A stretch of 29,052 nucleotides of DNA from Terriglobia bacterium (GTDB lineage: Bacteria; Acidobacteriota; Terriglobia; UBA7540): NCBI GenBank assembly GCA_035490955.1, contig DATJKY010000177.1, positions 1 to 29,052 of the forward strand. Direction: 5' to 3'. Positions 25,162 to 29,052 of the stretch are shown one piece after another. Each line of letters begins with the position of its first letter. The stretch's first letter is position 1. The position numbers and the translations under genes were made by a program. The notes beneath the pieces were generated by a model. The model did not search any database. It had not been told where the DNA came from and was given only the letters and a program-made list of their open reading frames with translations.

Positions 25162-26313
25162 ATGGTCGAACGCCGTGCGCTCCTTAGCCATGTCCGCCGA
25201 GCCCTTCGTGCGAACCCTGTCGTCGTGCTCTACGGCCCGAGACAGTGTGGAAAAACGACGCTGGCGAGGAGAATCAGTCACGCAGGGACCGCAAACTACT
25301 TTGACTTGGAAAATCCCGTGGACCAGCGCCGCCTTTCCGAACCGATGCTGGCCCTCGGGGAACTCCGCGGGCTGGTGGTCATCGATGAAGTCCAGCGCCA
25401 ACCCGGATTGTTTCCCGTCCTGCGGGTCCTGGCGGACCGAAAACCCCTACCCGCTCGCTTCCTGATCCTCGGCAGCGCCTCACCCGACTTACTTCGCCAG
25501 AGCTCAGAATCACTGGCCGGGCGCATCGCGCTAGTAGAGATGGGTGGCTTCGATGTTTCAGAGGTAGGCCTTAAGAACGTGCGGCGGCTGTGGTGGCGCG
25601 GGAGGTTTCCGCGTGCGTTCCTGGCCAGGACTGAGGCTGAGAGCCGGTCCTGGCAAGAGAATTTCATCCAGACTTTTCTGGAGCGAGATATCCGCGAGTT
25701 CGGCATTTCGGTGCCGCCGGTCACTCTTCGTCGCCTTTGGATGATGCTGGCCCACTATCACGGGCAGATCTGGAATGCTTCCGAGTTGGCCAGGTCGCTT
25801 GGCGAGTCGCATACCACCGTGAAGCGCCACCTGGACATCCTGACAGGGGCTCTCGTGGTGCGGCAGCTTCAGCCTTGGCACGAAAACCTTGGCAAGCGGC
25901 AAGTGAAGTCGCCCAAGATCTACATTCGCGATACAGGGCTGCTGCACGCGCTCCTGGGCGTACCTTCCTTCCGGTCGCTCGAAGGACACCCGAAGGTGGG
26001 AGCGAGCTGGGAAGGATTTGTGATTGAAGAGATTCTTCAGTGGGTTGGGGAACGCCACGCCTATTTCTGGGCCACGCAGTCAGGGGCGGAGTTGGACGTC
26101 TTGCTCATGACCGGCGGCGCGCGCTATGGAGTTGAGGTCAAGTACGGTGATGCGCCCGGCATCACCAAGTCGATGCGCATTGCATTGGATGATCTGGGGT
26201 TGCGGCAGCTCTTCGTGGTCTATCCGGGCCGCGAGGCCTACGACTTGGACAAAAGGGTTACAGTGCTTCCGCTGGAGCAGGCAAGAACCCGAGTCGCGCA
26301 CGGTTGGCGATGA
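25162..26313 (+). CDS. AAA_14-type ATPase with DUF4143 C-terminal domain
   Basis: Walker A GPRQCGKT, Walker B VVIDEVQR, LGSAS, KRQVKSPKIYIRDTGLL, GASWEGFV, ELD...GVEVK. Confidence 0.9.
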   Translation: MVERRALLSHVRRALRANPVVVLYGPRQCGKTTLARRISHAGTANYFDLENPVDQRRLSEPMLALGELRGLVVIDEVQRQPGLFPVLRVLADRKPLPARFLILGSASPDLLRQSSESLAGRIALVEMGGFDVSEVGLKNVRRLWWRGRFPRAFLARTEAESRSWQENFIQTFLERDIREFGISVPPVTLRRLWMMLAHYHGQIWNASELARSLGESHTTVKRHLDILTGALVVRQLQPWHENLGKRQVKSPKIYIRDTGLLHALLGVPSFRSLEGHPKVGASWEGFVIEEILQWVGERHAYFWATQSGAELDVLLMTGGARYGVEVKYGDAPGITKSMRIALDDLGLRQLFVVYPGREAYDLDKRVTVLPLEQARTRVAHGWR

Positions 26314-26415
26314 CCCGACACCGTGGGGTGACCAAACGAGCGGATCGGGTGACCAGAGGATTCGAACCCGCTGACCCGGGGATTCGAACTCGGGCCTATA
26401 CCGTGTCAAGTGAAA

Positions 26416-27674
26416 ATGCCCCCGATAGATAAATCCTATTCAGCGCTGCTCTCCAGAGTGGCGCAGCTTCTCGCGCAGGCCAGACGAGCCTCCGCGCGTT
26501 CTGTCAACGCGGTTATGACGGCGACTTATTGGGAGATTAGGCCGACGGATTGTTGAACATGAGCAGAGTGGCAAGGCCCGAGCCGCATATGGCGAGGCAC
26601 TAATCGACAGGCTGGCTGCAGATGTGACGGCCAGGTTCGGGAAGGGATTTTCGCACACCAATCTCAAGCAAATGCGGGAGTTTTTCATAGCTTGGCCGAT
26701 TCGCCGGACGCTGTCTGACGAATCACCGGCCGCCCCGGCGTTACCGACCGAATCCGGAAAAGGTCAGACAGTGTCTGACCAATTGCAAGCTCAGCGATTC
26801 CCGCTTCCTTGGTCGCATTACGTTCGATTGCTCTCCCTGAAGAACCTCGAAGCCCGCGCTTTCTATGAAAGGGAAGCCTTGAGCGGGGGATGGTCGGTGC
26901 GCCAGCTTGACCGCCAGATTTCCAGCCAATTCTATGAACGCATAACGCTCTCCCGCAATAAGGGAGCGTTGCTAAGAAAGGGTCGGCAAGCCCTAGCAGG
27001 CTGCTGAAAAAGGGTATCTGTCATGCTGAGCGCAGCGAAGCATCTGCTGTTCCTCATTGAAAACAAACAAAAAGCAGATCCTTCGCTCCGCTCAGGATGA
27101 CGTGCTCGGAGGTTTTTTCAGCAGCCTGCTAGACGCTGACGATGTGACGCCAGAGGAGGAGATCAAGGACCCCTTGGTCTTGGAATTCCTCGGTCTCAAA
27201 GACGAGTACTCCGAAAATGTCCTGGAGGAAGCGCTCATTCGGCGCCTGGAACACTTCCTGCTTGAACTCGGGAACGAATTTGCCTTCGTGGGCCGCCAGC
27301 GCCGGCTTCGGGTCGGAGACGAGTGGTACCGGATTGACTTGCTTTTCTATCATCGCAGGCTTCGCTGTCTCATCATTATCGACCTTAAGATCGGTCGCTT
27401 CAGCCATGCCGACGCCGGGCAGATGAACCTCTACCTCAACTATGCACGCAAGCACTGGACTTTGCCCGACGAGAACCCACCGGTGGGCCTGATCCTATGT
27501 TCCGAAAAGAACGATGCGGTGGCCTATTACGCTCTGGGTAATCTCAAGAACAAAGTTCTCGCCAGCGAGTACAAACTTGCCTTGCCCGATGAGAAGCAAC
27601 TCGCAGAGGAAATCGACAAGACCCGAAGGGCACTCATGTCCACGAACAAAGACCTGCAATCGAAGCTTTTCTGA
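26416..27674 (+). pseudogene. YhcG/DUF1016 PD-(D/E)XK nuclease, disrupted
   Basis: VNAVMTATYWEI, then a +1 shift at about 26539, then GRRIVEHEQ...LPWSHY...WSVRQLDRQI, then a 136-bp insertion, then IKDPLVLEFL...LLELG..FAFVGRQ...IDLLFYHRRL...IDLK...GQMNLYLNY. Removing both lesions gives 373 aa. Confidence 0.9.
26993..27132. mobile_element. 132-bp MITE with 15-bp perfect TIR and CTAG target duplication, carrying a TGTC-type REP doublet
   Basis: CTAG at 26993-26996 and 27129-27132. TIR CAGGCTGCTGAAAAA / TTTTTCAGCAGCCTG. Core tgtcatgctgagcgcagcgaagcatctgct...agcagatccttcgctccgctcaggatgac. Excision restores the reading frame RQAL-DADD. Confidence 0.92.
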
Positions 27675-27745
27675 TTGCACTGGCGTACCTGTCGATCGGC
27701 AAGATTGGGGTAAGTTTGGGACAAGCTAAGCGCGTAAGTCATTGA

Positions 27746-27787
27746 GGGCCCATAGCTCAGTCGGTTAGAGCAGCGGACTCATAATCC
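27746..27787 (+). pseudogene. 5' half of a tRNA with CAT anticodon (probably tRNA-Ile2), truncated in the anticodon stem
   Basis: GGGCCCA TA GCTC AGTCGGTTA GAGC A GCGGA CTCATAA TCC, then tRNA similarity stops (TG instead of the expected pairing bases). No T arm or 3' acceptor strand found downstream in the window. Confidence 0.85.
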
Positions 27788-28171
27788 TGTGAAGGCATCT
27801 CAAGCCGCTGCAAGCCCACTGCTAACGATTGAAAAGCCAAGACATAGGGTTAGTCGTTTCCTGACCCACTTCCATCAGAAAGCAGGCACCTGCTACATTA
27901 TCCGCTACAGTAGGCTACTGGGGAGTCTGGCAGCGTCCGCGTTGATTCTGGTGCAACCTGACGCAAATGGGGGAGGGCTTAAGCGAAGGTTCGGCAACTT
28001 AGGGCGAAACTCTGCGGGCTTGCTCGATGTTGTTGGCTGTGTGGTCTGTGGCTGTGTCCCCTGGCAAGCCGCCGAAGTTTCCGAGAAGTTTCGGCTACCG
28101 CCAGGGGGTGGGGCACCCTCCACAAAGCATGCTTTAGGTCGCGCAAAAATTCGAAATCCAATGGGCTAGTC

Positions 28172-28335
28172 AGTGCCTTCAGCAAGAAACTGGACAACCC
28201 TCAGGGCGGCGGTCGCCCTTTATGTTGGCTTGGTACAACGTCTGCCGGGTCGGTCCACATGACCTGCGGGTAACCCGTGCAATGGCGGCGGGAATTACTG
28301 GTCATGTGTTGAACTTAGGGCAGCTTCTAGCGTAG
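28172..28335 (+). pseudogene. Frameshifted C-terminal remnant of an IS1-family-like transposase
   Basis: Pieced across frames: SAFSKKLDN / LRAAVALYV / WYNVCRV / H / LRVTRAMAAGITGHVLNLGQLLA*. This resembles the AFSKK..N..AAVAL..AWYN.CR.H.TLRVTPAMAAG tail of these transposases. Confidence 0.7.
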
Positions 28336-28428
28336 CATTCTGAACTATAGAAATCGCCGCTGAGAAGAGTTTTCCAAGGTAATGGCACAGGCGTACAGGA
28401 AGTCCAGTGCGACGTTTGGGGGTTTACC

Positions 28429-29052
28429 ATGAGAAAGTCACTGCTAAGCCTTTGCGGTTTGGCAATCTTATTCGTAGGGTGTGAGGGGAATCCGAACAGT
28501 TCCCAACCTGCACCAGCTAAATCAGCGTATGTCCTGCCTTCAGAATTGTTCATAAAAACAACGGCCAGCCGGGGAGCAGAGGGGGAAGTCTATGTTCGTG
28601 GGTCAACAAACCTGCCAGATGGCATGAACATAAACGTTGAGCTTATTCCCGCCAAGCCTCCTGTAGGAGCTACAGCTACAGTTAAGGATGGCTCATTCAC
28701 CACTGCAGGGCTCATGTCAAAGACCCCGAATTCACATTTCATACCGGGATTACCGCAAGCTGGCAACTCAAGATACATCGGAATTCCATTTCCTGCGGGA
28801 AGAAGGGAAGTTCACTACCACGCCTCTTTCTTCGCCCATCACGCCACTACTTTTGACGCGACCTTCCAGAGGCCAGAGGTTCTAAAGGTTGTCGGAGAAG
28901 GAGGTAAAAGCCTTAAAGGGAAGATGTTTAAAGAAACCGACCCTGATGTTGTTGACAGCCCCAAAGAGTTGGATTACTCGCAGACCGTGGAGTTCCCTCC
29001 GCTCACACCGGAGGCTGAGACAATCAACTTAGTCAAGAGAGCGGTTCTCACC
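28429..29052 (+). CDS. Uncharacterised lipoprotein, 5' part (208 codons, runs off the window)
   Basis: Manual translation has no stop to the edge: MRKSLLSLCGLAILFVG-C (lipobox), VRGSTNLPDG, FQRPEVLKVVGEGGKSLKG. Codon usage is visibly more AT-rich than in neighbouring genes. Confidence 0.75.
   Translation, partial: MRKSLLSLCGLAILFVGCEGNPNSSQPAPAKSAYVLPSELFIKTTASRGAEGEVYVRGSTNLPDGMNINVELIPAKPPVGATATVKDGSFTTAGLMSKTPNSHFIPGLPQAGNSRYIGIPFPAGRREVHYHASFFAHHATTFDATFQRPEVLKVVGEGGKSLKGKMFKETDPDVVDSPKELDYSQTVEFPPLTPEAETINLVKRAVLT

Noticed and set aside
27057-27674. 205-aa ORF as an independent native gene
   Set aside because: Its first 24 residues derive from the MITE; the rest is the YhcG C-terminal half.
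13054-27787. Idea that RtcB re-ligates the split tRNA(CAT)
   Set aside because: The break is at DNA level past the anticodon loop, the genes are 13 kb apart, and no 3' half is visible. An integration scar explains it more simply.
1-29052. CRISPR array, rRNA or intact transposase/integrase
   Set aside because: No regularly spaced identical repeats with unique spacers, no rRNA signatures and no full-length mobility gene found.

Overview
A GC-rich bacterial chromosome segment. The Oar-like TonB-dependent receptor, the gene styles and the repeat families suggest Acidobacteriota (inference). From left to right: the 5' part of atpB (missed by the ORF track because it runs off the edge); a decayed junction with an rmlA 3' remnant still coupled to an intact rmlB, a tyrosine-integrase scrap and a RIT-like recombinase remnant; a TonB receptor / tandem esterase / PIG-L deacetylase cluster; a zinc-ribbon PspC gene; a sensor-HAMP protein with no output domain; bfr; a minus-strand lutC-like / SIS / rtcB run; tpiA-secG-tRNA-Leu(GAG) followed at once by a senA-senB-like selenoneine pair with no senC/selD in view; a DUF2127-like membrane protein; and an S9 peptidase. 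The right end is accessory: an AAA/DUF4143 ATPase with an apparent leaderless, palindrome-covered promoter; a yhcG-like nuclease gene broken by a frameshift and a 136-bp CTAG-duplicating MITE; a 5'-half-only tRNA(CAT); an IS1-like transposase remnant; and an uncharacterised lipoprotein running off the edge. The most unusual non-coding signals are CTAG-flanked miniature elements whose IS-like terminal inverted repeats enclose REP-type palindrome doublets, and 7-bp tandem repeats in intergenic spacers and in frame inside both senA and senB. Family assignments come from motif recognition only; no database searches were run.
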